The notes beneath the pieces were generated by a model, which did no database searches, had not been told where the DNA came from, and saw only the letters and a list, made by a program, of their open reading frames with translations. This document shows positions 56,192 through 64,000 of a DNA stretch of 64,000 nucleotides, piece after piece. The stretch comes from Myxococcales bacterium. GTDB taxonomy: Bacteria; Myxococcota_A; UBA9042. The stretch is from positions 32,001 to 96,000 of the forward strand of contig JBBISH010000004.1 in NCBI GenBank assembly GCA_037441385.1, given 5' to 3'. The position numbers and the translations under genes were made by a program. The stretch's first letter is position 1, and the number at the start of each line of letters is the position of its first letter.

Positions 56192-57544
56192 ATGCCGGAC
56201 GCCGCCCACCGCCAGCCCCTTGCCCCGCTGCTGTGGCTACTGGCCGCCGTGAGCCTGGGCCAGGCGCTGCGCATCTACGACGGCACGCGTCCCGATCCGC
56301 TGGCGTTGCGCTGGGTTGCCTTGACGCTGCTGCTGGCAGGCCTGGCGACTTGGGGCCGGTTGACCGTGGCCTGGCGCGCACTGCCGCAGTGGACCGCCGC
56401 GTTGGCGCTGGCTGCGGTGGTCGCCCAGCTGGCGCAGTGGCTGACGCTGCCGCTGGGCAAGCACTGGCTGCATCCGCGCGAACATATGGGCACGTTGCAT
56501 GGGCTGGCGCTAACCGCGACGGCCGCCGCGGCGCTGACTGTGGCCCAAGCGAAGCAGCGCAAGTGGGCGGGAGCGCTGTTCCTGGTGGCGATGCTCTTGA
56601 TCGGGCTGTGGTTTGTCCGCTGGGACGGGCGGCCCGAGATCGACGTCTTTGAGTTCCAGCAGCAGGGCTGCGCCGCACTAGCCGGCGGGCACAATCCGTA
56701 TTCGATCACGTTTGCCAGCCCGTATCCCGACGATACGCCTTTCTACTCGCCGGGTTTGGTGGTGGGCGGCCGGCTGCAATTCGGCTACATCTACCCGCCG
56801 TTGCTGCTGGGTCTGGAATGCCCCGTGGCGCAAGCGACCGGCGACGTGCGCTTTGCCCACTGGCTGGCGCTGGTCGTGGCCGCTGTGCTGGTGTGGCGGA
56901 CGGCGCGCAACTACCTGGCGGTGGTGGCGATTGCCGTGTTGATGACCACGCCGCGGACGCTGTTCCTGGTCGAGCAGGCCTGGACCGAGCCGTTCGTCAT
57001 CCTGGGGCTGGCGGCGGTGTTGTGGTCGGCCGTGCGCAAGCCGGCGTGGCTGCCCTGGATTTTTGGCGCGTTTCTGGGGACCAAACAGTACTTGGTGCTG
57101 GTGGCGCCGCTGGCGCTGCTACTTGACCCTAGCCTGTGGAAGCCCAGGTCAGCGCTAGCGTTTTTTGGCAAGGCCGGCTTGGTGCTACTGGCGCTGCATT
57201 TGCCGGCTGTGCTGGCCGATCCGCCGGCCTTTTGGCGCAGCGTGGTGACCCTGCAGATGCTGCAGCCCTTCCGACCCGACTCATTGAGTTGGCTTGCGGC
57301 CTGGTCCACGGACGGCAAGCCGCCGGTGGGCGTGTGGATTGCCTTTGTGCTCGCCGTGGTAGCTCTTGCGCTGAGCCTTTGGCGGGCGCCGCGGTCCCCG
57401 GCTGGCTTTGCCGCGGCGGTGGCGATGGTGATGCTGGCGTTCTTGGCGCTGAACAAACAAGCGTTTTGGAATTACTACCACTTTCCGCTGGGAGCGCTGG
57501 CCATGGCGGCGGCGCTGGCCACCGGCGACGAGGACGAGGCATGA
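56192..57544 (+). CDS. Multi-pass membrane protein, GT-C (GT87-like) glycosyltransferase candidate
   Basis: IDVF..QQQG..AL..GHNPY, YIYPP, GDVRF, TEP, KQY, QPFRPDSLS, NKQAFWNYY. Confidence 0.65.
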   Translation: MPDAAHRQPLAPLLWLLAAVSLGQALRIYDGTRPDPLALRWVALTLLLAGLATWGRLTVAWRALPQWTAALALAAVVAQLAQWLTLPLGKHWLHPREHMGTLHGLALTATAAAALTVAQAKQRKWAGALFLVAMLLIGLWFVRWDGRPEIDVFEFQQQGCAALAGGHNPYSITFASPYPDDTPFYSPGLVVGGRLQFGYIYPPLLLGLECPVAQATGDVRFAHWLALVVAAVLVWRTARNYLAVVAIAVLMTTPRTLFLVEQAWTEPFVILGLAAVLWSAVRKPAWLPWIFGAFLGTKQYLVLVAPLALLLDPSLWKPRSALAFFGKAGLVLLALHLPAVLADPPAFWRSVVTLQMLQPFRPDSLSWLAAWSTDGKPPVGVWIAFVLAVVALALSLWRAPRSPAGFAAAVAMVMLAFLALNKQAFWNYYHFPLGALAMAAALATGDEDEA

Positions 57545-58698
57545 GCATCCCCGTGGCTGGCTGGCGGGCAGTGATGCCCGCTTTCCTGAGCACGCGTCTG
57601 GGCTTGCTGCTGTGGGCCTGGCTGTGTACGGCGCTGGCGCCGGCCCGGCCGGGGGTCTGGAGCCCGCTGCCGCACTTGCCGCTGCTGGACGGCTGGTCGC
57701 GCATGGACGCCGGCTGGTACGCCAGCATCGTCCGCGACGGCTACCAGTTCACACCCGGAAAGGCCTGCAATGTCAACTTCTTCCCGCTCTACTCGTGGAC
57801 GGTGGGGGTGCTGGACCGGCCGCTGGTGGCCAGCTTGGGCGAAGATGCGGCCTTTGCGGTGGTGGCGCCCCTTTTCAGCTTGCTGTGCCTGTGGTTGGCC
57901 CTGCAGGGCCTGTGGCGGCTAGCTGCGGGCGGTTGGGGCGAAGCGGTGGCGGGACGGACGACCTGGCTGCTAGTGGTGTTTCCGTTTTCGCTATTCTTTT
58001 CGGCAGTCTACACCGAGTCGCTGTTCCTGTGCCTTGGCGTGTGGGCGTTTGCCTGGGGCCGCGAGCGGCGCTGGGCGCTGGCCTGTGCCGCGGCGAGCTT
58101 GGCGGCCGTGACCAGGACGGTCGGCTTCCTGGTGGCGGTGGGCCTGTTCGTCGAGTATTTATCCATGCAACTGCCCCAAATGGCCAACGGAGCGTCTTGG
58201 CGCTGGCCACGGTTGGATCGCAACGTGCTCTGGTTCTTGGCCACGCCGCTGCCGCTACTGGGCCTGATGGGCTACTTTTACAGTCATTTTGGCCATGTGC
58301 TGCCTTTCTTGCTGACCTATACGACCGTGTGGGACAAGCGGCCCGGACTTCGCCGGCTGATCGACCTGCTCAACTCGCTGCGCCACGCCGACGTGCCCCA
58401 CACGCTGCGCTTCCAGAACGCCATGTACCTTCTGGTGGTTTTTGGCACCTTGGCGGCGGTGGTGGCAGGGCGGCGCAAGCTGTCGCCGGGGCTGGTCGCC
58501 TACGCCGCGCTGTCGACACTGCTCGTGATGTTCACAGGTTTTGACGCCTCGGGGCGCTACATGAGCGTGCTTTTCCCTACGTTCTTGGTCCTGGCGCAGC
58601 TGCTGGACGGGCGGCGCTTTGCTCTGGCCGCGGCCGTGCAAGTGCCCTTGCTGCTTTGGTTTACCTGGGCGTTTACCCAGTCGCTGCACATCAGTTGA
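57541..58698 (+). CDS. Mannosyltransferase family (PIG-V-like, GT-C) membrane protein
   Basis: WSRMDAGWYASIVRDGY, FFPLY, FPFSLFFSAVYTESLFL, TRTVG, GRY...FP. Confidence 0.82.
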   Translation: MSIPVAGWRAVMPAFLSTRLGLLLWAWLCTALAPARPGVWSPLPHLPLLDGWSRMDAGWYASIVRDGYQFTPGKACNVNFFPLYSWTVGVLDRPLVASLGEDAAFAVVAPLFSLLCLWLALQGLWRLAAGGWGEAVAGRTTWLLVVFPFSLFFSAVYTESLFLCLGVWAFAWGRERRWALACAAASLAAVTRTVGFLVAVGLFVEYLSMQLPQMANGASWRWPRLDRNVLWFLATPLPLLGLMGYFYSHFGHVLPFLLTYTTVWDKRPGLRRLIDLLNSLRHADVPHTLRFQNAMYLLVVFGTLAAVVAGRRKLSPGLVAYAALSTLLVMFTGFDASGRYMSVLFPTFLVLAQLLDGRRFALAAAVQVPLLLWFTWAFTQSLHIS

Positions 58699-58725
58699 GC
58701 GCACCCGCCGCACGAGAAAATCGCC

Positions 58726-59439
58726 ATGCCCCAACCCACGCTGATTCCCTGGCCCGCGCCGGCCGTAACCGGCCAATTCCTGGGGCGCCGTCAGCGCTTT
58801 TTTGCCGACGTGCGGCTGCCGGACGGCTCGACCAGCGTGGCCCACTGCGCGAACACCGGCTCGATGGCGGGCCTGCTGCACCCGGGCTGCGCGGCGCTGC
58901 TCGGCGACCATGGCAGCGATAGTGCTCGAAAACTAAAGTATACCTTGCTGGCGCTGCAGGTGCCCGGTGGGGCGTGGTGCGGCGTGCTGCCCGTGCTGGC
59001 CAACCGCATCGGCGCGGCGGCGCTGCGGGCTGGGTGGCTGCCCGAACTGGGGGACGTGCGCGACTGCAAGACCGAGCAGCCGCTGGGCGACGACAGCCGG
59101 GTGGACCTGTGGGTGGACGGTCCGTCGCCGTGGGCGATCGAGGTCAAGTCGGTCACACTGGTGGAGGGCCGACGTGCGTTGTTCCCCGACGCCAAAACCG
59201 AGCGTGGGCGCAAGCACTTGCAGCGCCTGGCCGAGCATGTTCACGCCGGCGGGCAGGCGGCGCAGCTGTACGTGGTGCAGCGCGACGACGCAGACTCGGT
59301 GGCGGCGGCAGCACAGATCGACCCCGACTACGCCGCCGAGCTGGCGCGCGCCAAGCAGGCAGGCGTGCAAGTGTGGGCGCTGGCTTGCCAAGTGGGCGTG
59401 GACGGCGTCGCGGTGCTGCGGCGGTTGGCGGTGGAGTAG
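58726..59439 (+). CDS. sfsA: DNA/RNA nuclease SfsA
   Basis: RRQRFFADV, HCANTGSM, SRVDL, IEVKSVTL, FPDAKTERGRKHL, DPDYA. Confidence 0.92.
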   Translation: MPQPTLIPWPAPAVTGQFLGRRQRFFADVRLPDGSTSVAHCANTGSMAGLLHPGCAALLGDHGSDSARKLKYTLLALQVPGGAWCGVLPVLANRIGAAALRAGWLPELGDVRDCKTEQPLGDDSRVDLWVDGPSPWAIEVKSVTLVEGRRALFPDAKTERGRKHLQRLAEHVHAGGQAAQLYVVQRDDADSVAAAAQIDPDYAAELARAKQAGVQVWALACQVGVDGVAVLRRLAVE

Positions 59440-59445
59440 CCCGGC

Positions 59446-60483
59446 CTACTGCCCCAAGTGGTGCGCCAGAGCCCGCGCCACCGCCTGCCCCACCGCCTCG
59501 GCCTGGTCGATGAGGTCCAGGCGCAGCTCGACGGTGGTGGCAAAAGCGCCGGTCTCCGCCAGGAATTGCTCGGCAAGCCGGCTGGCCTGGGCATCCCACG
59601 CGAGCGTGATCTGAGCGATTTCCTGTGCGCCCTCCAGCCCCAGGACCGCCTCGCCGGCAATCGTGCGGTCCAGGTCGGGGTGCTGTTCGTCGCTCCAGGC
59701 CAGTTCGCCCAAGCGCTCGGCCGTGGCCGCCGGCAGGCGCCCGGTCGCGGCCAGCCACTGGAACCACCGCTCCGCAAGGTAGCGACCAGAAAGGGTCCAC
59801 GGCGCCTGGGCGGGGTACGGGTGCGGCCCCAGAGCCAAGCCCGCGGCGGCCAGCTCGTCGCCCAAGCGGCGGTGCAGGGACCACGGAAGTCCGCGCAGAT
59901 CCCCAGGAATCAACCGCGCTAGTCCCACCGGCCGCGCCGACCGCCACGGCACCGAGTCGACGATCGCCATCGCCGCCCGTCGCACCGGCCGCCCGCCGTT
60001 CAGCTGGTCGTAGGTCGAGCCCAATTCGCCGTAACTGTGCAGCTCGACGATGCCGCGCGTGCCCCGCGCTGCCTGCCGCAGCTGCGTCATCGCGCCGTGA
60101 TACAGGCCGCCCAGCTGCTCCAGCGCGCCGGGGTTCAGGCGCTCGCCCACCCAGCGATCCACGGCGCCCTTGCCAAACAGCGTCTCCTGCTCTTCGACCC
60201 GGCCGCGCCAGCCGCGGTTCAGGTCCAGCAGGCCGCGCGGCAGCCCGGCCTTGACGGTGGTGGCACCCAGGGCAAGCCCGCACGCCTGCAGGACTTCCGC
60301 ACTCCCGGCGTCGTGCCACTCGGCGACGTGGGCGGCGAACTGCGCCTGGATCTCTGGATCGGCTTGGATGTAGCCCGTGGCCGGGGCCAGCGGCGCAGTG
60401 GCGTGCGGGGCGACCAGCACGACCGGCGCACCCGCGCGCAAGTCGACGTGAAGCATAGGTACGATTTCGGAACGATCAGCCAC
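59446..60483 (-). CDS. N-formylglutamate amidohydrolase-like Zn-hydrolase fold protein
   Basis: APHA, HD, PRGLLDLNR, YH, ELHSY and VELR resemble the family's metal-binding motifs. Confidence 0.6.
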   Translation of the reverse strand: MADRSEIVPMLHVDLRAGAPVVLVAPHATAPLAPATGYIQADPEIQAQFAAHVAEWHDAGSAEVLQACGLALGATTVKAGLPRGLLDLNRGWRGRVEEQETLFGKGAVDRWVGERLNPGALEQLGGLYHGAMTQLRQAARGTRGIVELHSYGELGSTYDQLNGGRPVRRAAMAIVDSVPWRSARPVGLARLIPGDLRGLPWSLHRRLGDELAAAGLALGPHPYPAQAPWTLSGRYLAERWFQWLAATGRLPAATAERLGELAWSDEQHPDLDRTIAGEAVLGLEGAQEIAQITLAWDAQASRLAEQFLAETGAFATTVELRLDLIDQAEAVGQAVARALAHHLGQ

Positions 60484-60579
60484 GATTTCTGCTCCCCTGG
60501 CGCGCCGCGGTACGACGTGGTGGCGCTTCGGCTGGCGACATTGGGGGCTGGCGGCTGGGGTGTCAAGTCGAGGCCGGTA

Positions 60580-61308
60580 TCAGGTATTGGCACTTGCGAC
60601 ATCGCTTGGCCCCAGCTGCCCCTCCAACCGCGCCACCTGCGCCTTCAGCGTCGCCAGCGCCTGGTGCATCCGCAGCCGCTGGGCACCGCGGAGCTTGCTG
60701 CCGTCCACGCTCGCCCACGCCTGCTCCCAGGCCTGCAGCTCCTTGCCCGCCTTGACCAATTGCGTGACCAGGCGCCCCGGCTGGTAGGTCGCCACCTGCG
60801 GTTCGTCGGGGAGCGGCGGCGGCTGGGTGCCCGGCGTGTCTGGGTCGATGTCGTAGTAGTGGCCGTCCTCGGCGCGGTGGATGGCGTCTTCCAGCTGCAG
60901 CACCGTCCAGCCTTGGCGGGTGGCGTCCATGGCCAGCCGGGCGCGCATGGTCGGCTCGTCCACTCGGGCCAACGTGACGATGTGGTTGAATTTCAGGCCC
61001 TCGCGCACGGCCGGCGGCAGGCCGTCCCAGGCAATTCGCGCCAGGATCGACTGGCGGGCCAGGTTGTTCGTCAGGCCGGCGGCGCTCAGCTCGTCTTTGC
61101 AGACCTTGGCAAACTCCACGAAGCTGGCCTCTTTGTCGGGGTTCTTGTCGTGGTAGGCATGGGCGCTGCCGCCAAAGAAGCGGTCCAGGAACAGCTTGCC
61201 GGCCTGCAGGCGATGGGTCAGCAGCAACTCGCGCGACAGGCGGTCCAGGTCGGCCAAGATGTCGGCATAGTCTTCTTTGGTTTTGCGTGTTTGCAGGCTG
61301 GTGCTCAC
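60580..61308 (-). CDS. Hypothetical helical DNA-binding-like protein (ParB/KorB-HTH or DUF1016_N-like segment)
   Basis: AGGAG RBS before GTG 61308; LPPAVREGLKFNHIVTL...R.RLA...GWTVLQLEDAI; C-terminal coiled coil. Confidence 0.6.
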   Translation of the reverse strand: MSTSLQTRKTKEDYADILADLDRLSRELLLTHRLQAGKLFLDRFFGGSAHAYHDKNPDKEASFVEFAKVCKDELSAAGLTNNLARQSILARIAWDGLPPAVREGLKFNHIVTLARVDEPTMRARLAMDATRQGWTVLQLEDAIHRAEDGHYYDIDPDTPGTQPPPLPDEPQVATYQPGRLVTQLVKAGKELQAWEQAWASVDGSKLRGAQRLRMHQALATLKAQVARLEGQLGPSDVASANT

Positions 61309-61737
61309 GGTGCTCCTGGTAGGGCTGGTTGGCGGCAGTGCGAGCTTTTTGACATTCACCACGTGGTCAATGACGAAAAGCTTGCAGGTGACCCGTCGTT
61401 GCGGGTGCGGCGGTTGCAGCCGATGGTGCGTTTGGGCGTTGGTTTTGGCAAGGGGGCGTTCGGCCGGCACGGCCAGGCGCCAGAGTAGGCGGGTTTCCAT
61501 GCCCGCCCGGTTCGTTCACGTGCCGAAGGTAGCCAGATCGCTGCCGGGCAGTGCTGGCGTGTGGTCCGGGTGGGGATGCGCGTCCGGCGCGTCAGGTTCC
61601 AGGGCGTGACTCACCAAAACGCGCCCAAGATCGGCCAGTTCTTGACGGTCCCCCGCCCTCGACCGCAGCATGAAAGATCGCGTCGCACCGCCGGATGCCA
61701 AGGCAAAGGTGGTGACGCAGCGGCAGCGAAAAGGAAC

Positions 61738-62035
61738 TGGGGGCAATTTGTGCGCTTGCGTAGTGCGCCTGCGTTGGGGGGCATTTTCTACCCCCCAAAA
61801 ACAAAGGACTTTGGGCGTCCCGGCCCGGCGAACGGGAAGTTGGGGGGCAATTTCTGAATCCGCGCCGGGCCGTCGCGCTGCGGCCGCCGGTCGAAGGAAA
61901 GTCCTTCGAAACCCACACCGCGGGCTCCCGGCGGTGGCGACGCCTGCCCGGCGCCACCACCCCTGCGGGGCCAGCATCGCTGACGCACACCTGGATCACC
62001 CTGAGTAATTTCAACCGGTAGAAAATGCCCCCCAA
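61738..62035. repeat. Array of TGGGGG(G)CA(A/T)TT motifs including a perfect 19-bp inverted repeat
   Basis: Copies at 61738, 61774 and 61840 (+) and 62017-62035 (-). TTGGGGGGCATTTTCTACC (61774-61792) is the reverse complement of GGTAGAAAATGCCCCCCAA (62017-62035). Confidence 0.75.
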
Positions 62036-62224
62036 TGGGTCGCGAGCGGTCGCCCGAAGGGTGAACGGGTCGCCCCAGTGGGGCAACCCGTAGCTGGGAC
62101 GACGTAGCAACGCCGAGTTGCGCCCAAAGCGGCGGATCGGGGCCCAGCCACCCGCTTGCCCAACCCGCCGCACCGGCCCACAATCGCAGCCCCAGCGCAC
62201 CTCTGCGCTCGCGAGAACCCTGCG

Positions 62225-63118
62225 ATGGCGACCGAAGCTCCCGTGTGGCTGCCGGCGGCCGATGGCTATAGCCTGGCCCTGCAAGGCGACAAAATCTTGT
62301 GTAAAAATGCCAAGGGTAAGGTCTTGACCAGCCTGCCCAAAGAACTGCGCGAGAGCGAGTCGGTCGAGGCACTGCAGGCCTTGCGCGACTGGCTTGGCAA
62401 CCACCGCAGCGAGTGCCTGGCTACGGCCGAGACCTGGCTGCTGCGCTCGCTGCCCGTGCCCCGCAGCGTGCTGGCGGCGGTCTGGCCCGATCCGGCGTGG
62501 CGGGCGGCGCTGGAACATGCCGTGGTGGCGCCGATCGACGCCGCTGGGCAGCCCGATTTCCTGGCGGCCGGCATCTTGCGCGCGGCCGACGCCCACAAGG
62601 GCCTGGGCATCGTGGATCTGGACGGCGAGACCCGCTGGCTGCAGTGCGAGACCGTCTTGATCCCGCATCCGATTTTGCTGCCAGAGCTTGCGGACTTCCG
62701 CGCCCTTTTGGGCGAACTGGGCCTTACACAGGGCCTGCCGCAGTTGTTCCGCGAGACTTTTGTCCGGCCGGCCGACTTGCCCGCAGACGAATCGAGCTGG
62801 GACGTCTACGCCGACGCCGAGTTCGAGGAGCTGCGGCACGCTCTGGCCCAATGCACCAAGCTGGGCTACCGGGTCACGGGCGGCTCGGCAGTGTGCAAGG
62901 TACTCGAGAACGGCCAAACCATCGAAGCGCGCTACTGGATCGGCGATGGCGACCCCGAGTGGGAAACCGAGACGGGTGAGTTGGTCTGGGTCGACGCCCA
63001 GGCCAACGGGCTGCACTTGCGCGAAGTGGGGCCGGTGGCGTGGTCCGAAGGCCTGCGCATGGCCGCGGCGATCTATGCGGCCCGTCACGTAGAAGGCGAG
63101 GAGGACCAAGATGCTTGA
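62225..63118 (+). CDS. DUF4132-like domain protein
   Basis: CKNAKGKVLTSLPK, WLLRSLPVP...VWPDPAW, IPHPILL, QLFRETF, VGPVAWSEGLRMAA resemble short DUF4132 proteins as I recall them. Confidence 0.72.
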   Translation: MATEAPVWLPAADGYSLALQGDKILCKNAKGKVLTSLPKELRESESVEALQALRDWLGNHRSECLATAETWLLRSLPVPRSVLAAVWPDPAWRAALEHAVVAPIDAAGQPDFLAAGILRAADAHKGLGIVDLDGETRWLQCETVLIPHPILLPELADFRALLGELGLTQGLPQLFRETFVRPADLPADESSWDVYADAEFEELRHALAQCTKLGYRVTGGSAVCKVLENGQTIEARYWIGDGDPEWETETGELVWVDAQANGLHLREVGPVAWSEGLRMAAAIYAARHVEGEEDQDA

Positions 63119-64000
63119 TGCCACAGCACTTCTGCAGGCGGGCGCCTTGTTGCCGCTCCACGTCCAGACCGACGGCGCGGACCGAGTGGCGGCGCACAGC
63201 TTTGCCCATCCTGGGCTAGCCGATCCGGTCATTCGCTTGGTGCCCGAGGGGTTGGTGGCCGGCAGCGAAGCCGAGATGGAGGCCTTGGGCTTTGCCAAGC
63301 AAGGCGCGACACCCGCCCTGGCCTTGACGCGTCGGCGCGCCCCGGGCTTCCCGGGCTGGGCGCTGCTCCACGACCCCAAGAACGCCCGCTATGCCCTGGC
63401 AGTCGTGCAGGAGCTGAAGAAGGCGACGCGACGCATGACCAGCAAACCCGGCCACGCCAAAGACGCGTTGGTGGCGATTGCCCAGAAACTAAGCCGGAGC
63501 ACTCCGCATTTCTTGCCCAGCTACTGGGAGGAGTGTGCGCGCCTGTTCCTGGCGGCTGGCAATCGGACGTTTGCGGCGCAGTGCTTCGAAAAGGCCCGCG
63601 AGGCCGAGCGCCAGTATGGACTGCAAGTCGTGGAAGAAGTGCGGGCCGAGGCGTTTCTCGAGTTTGCCTTGGCGGGTGCCCTGACGGCGAAGTCCCTGGC
63701 GGCCTATGGCAAGTCGCTGCTGGAAATCCCGGACAAAGGCAAGGCGTTTGCCGCCTTTGCGCACCTGTGCCTCAAGCGAACCTTGGGCGGCATGCCGCCA
63801 TGGGCAGGCATGGCCAAGGACCTGCGCGGGCTGGCCAAGGCGGCCAAGCTCGATCCCGATGGCGAGGAGCTAAGCTTTATCACTCAGGTTCTGCATGCAC
63901 CGGCCTTGGTGCGCGCCCCAGCGGAGGTGTGGAAGGCTTGGCAAGCGCCGCTGAAGAAGCTGTGCGCCGCCCAGCCCGAGACGGTGGTGCAGTTGCTGGA
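63111..64000 (+). CDS. Large hypothetical protein coupled to the DUF4132 gene (3'-truncated; missing from the ORF track)
   Basis: ATG 63111 after GAGGA, overlapping the upstream stop; open frame MLDATALLQAGALLP...GFPGWALLHDP...PHFLPSYWEECARLF...FEKAREAER...FLEFALAGAL running to the window end. Confidence 0.8.
   Translation, partial: MLDATALLQAGALLPLHVQTDGADRVAAHSFAHPGLADPVIRLVPEGLVAGSEAEMEALGFAKQGATPALALTRRRAPGFPGWALLHDPKNARYALAVVQELKKATRRMTSKPGHAKDALVAIAQKLSRSTPHFLPSYWEECARLFLAAGNRTFAAQCFEKAREAERQYGLQVVEEVRAEAFLEFALAGALTAKSLAAYGKSLLEIPDKGKAFAAFAHLCLKRTLGGMPPWAGMAKDLRGLAKAAKLDPDGEELSFITQVLHAPALVRAPAEVWKAWQAPLKKLCAAQPETVVQLL

Overview
High-GC, gene-dense bacterial chromosomal window. It is most consistent with a Myxococcota-type organism, inferred from Cys-rich secreted proteins, a DUF2330 protein with a MYXO-CTERM-like tail and a TonB_C-fused TonB-dependent receptor. 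About 57 CDSs are supported; family calls come from motifs read by eye, not from database searches. Content includes: hisH-hisF-hisA/IE (a three-domain fusion); two paralogous fibre-like secreted P-domain proteins with different C-termini; tandem ATP-grasp ligases; a TonB/ExbBD uptake operon continuing into a carbamoyltransferase and divergent from an FNR-like regulator; a globin-coupled stressosome (rsbR-rsbS-rsbT-rsbX) wired to a hybrid histidine kinase, whose RsbS appears to lack the canonical phospho-Ser; several GT-C membrane glycosyltransferases; sfsA; and the start of a DUF4132/large-protein operon at the right edge. Non-coding structure includes a ~120-130 bp hairpin-rich repeat in three copies (18755, 48483, 51921) and a TGGGGG(G)CA(A/T)TT motif array with a perfect 19-bp inverted repeat next to an orphan helical DNA-binding-like gene. 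I recognised no rRNA, tRNA, CRISPR array, transposase or integrase.
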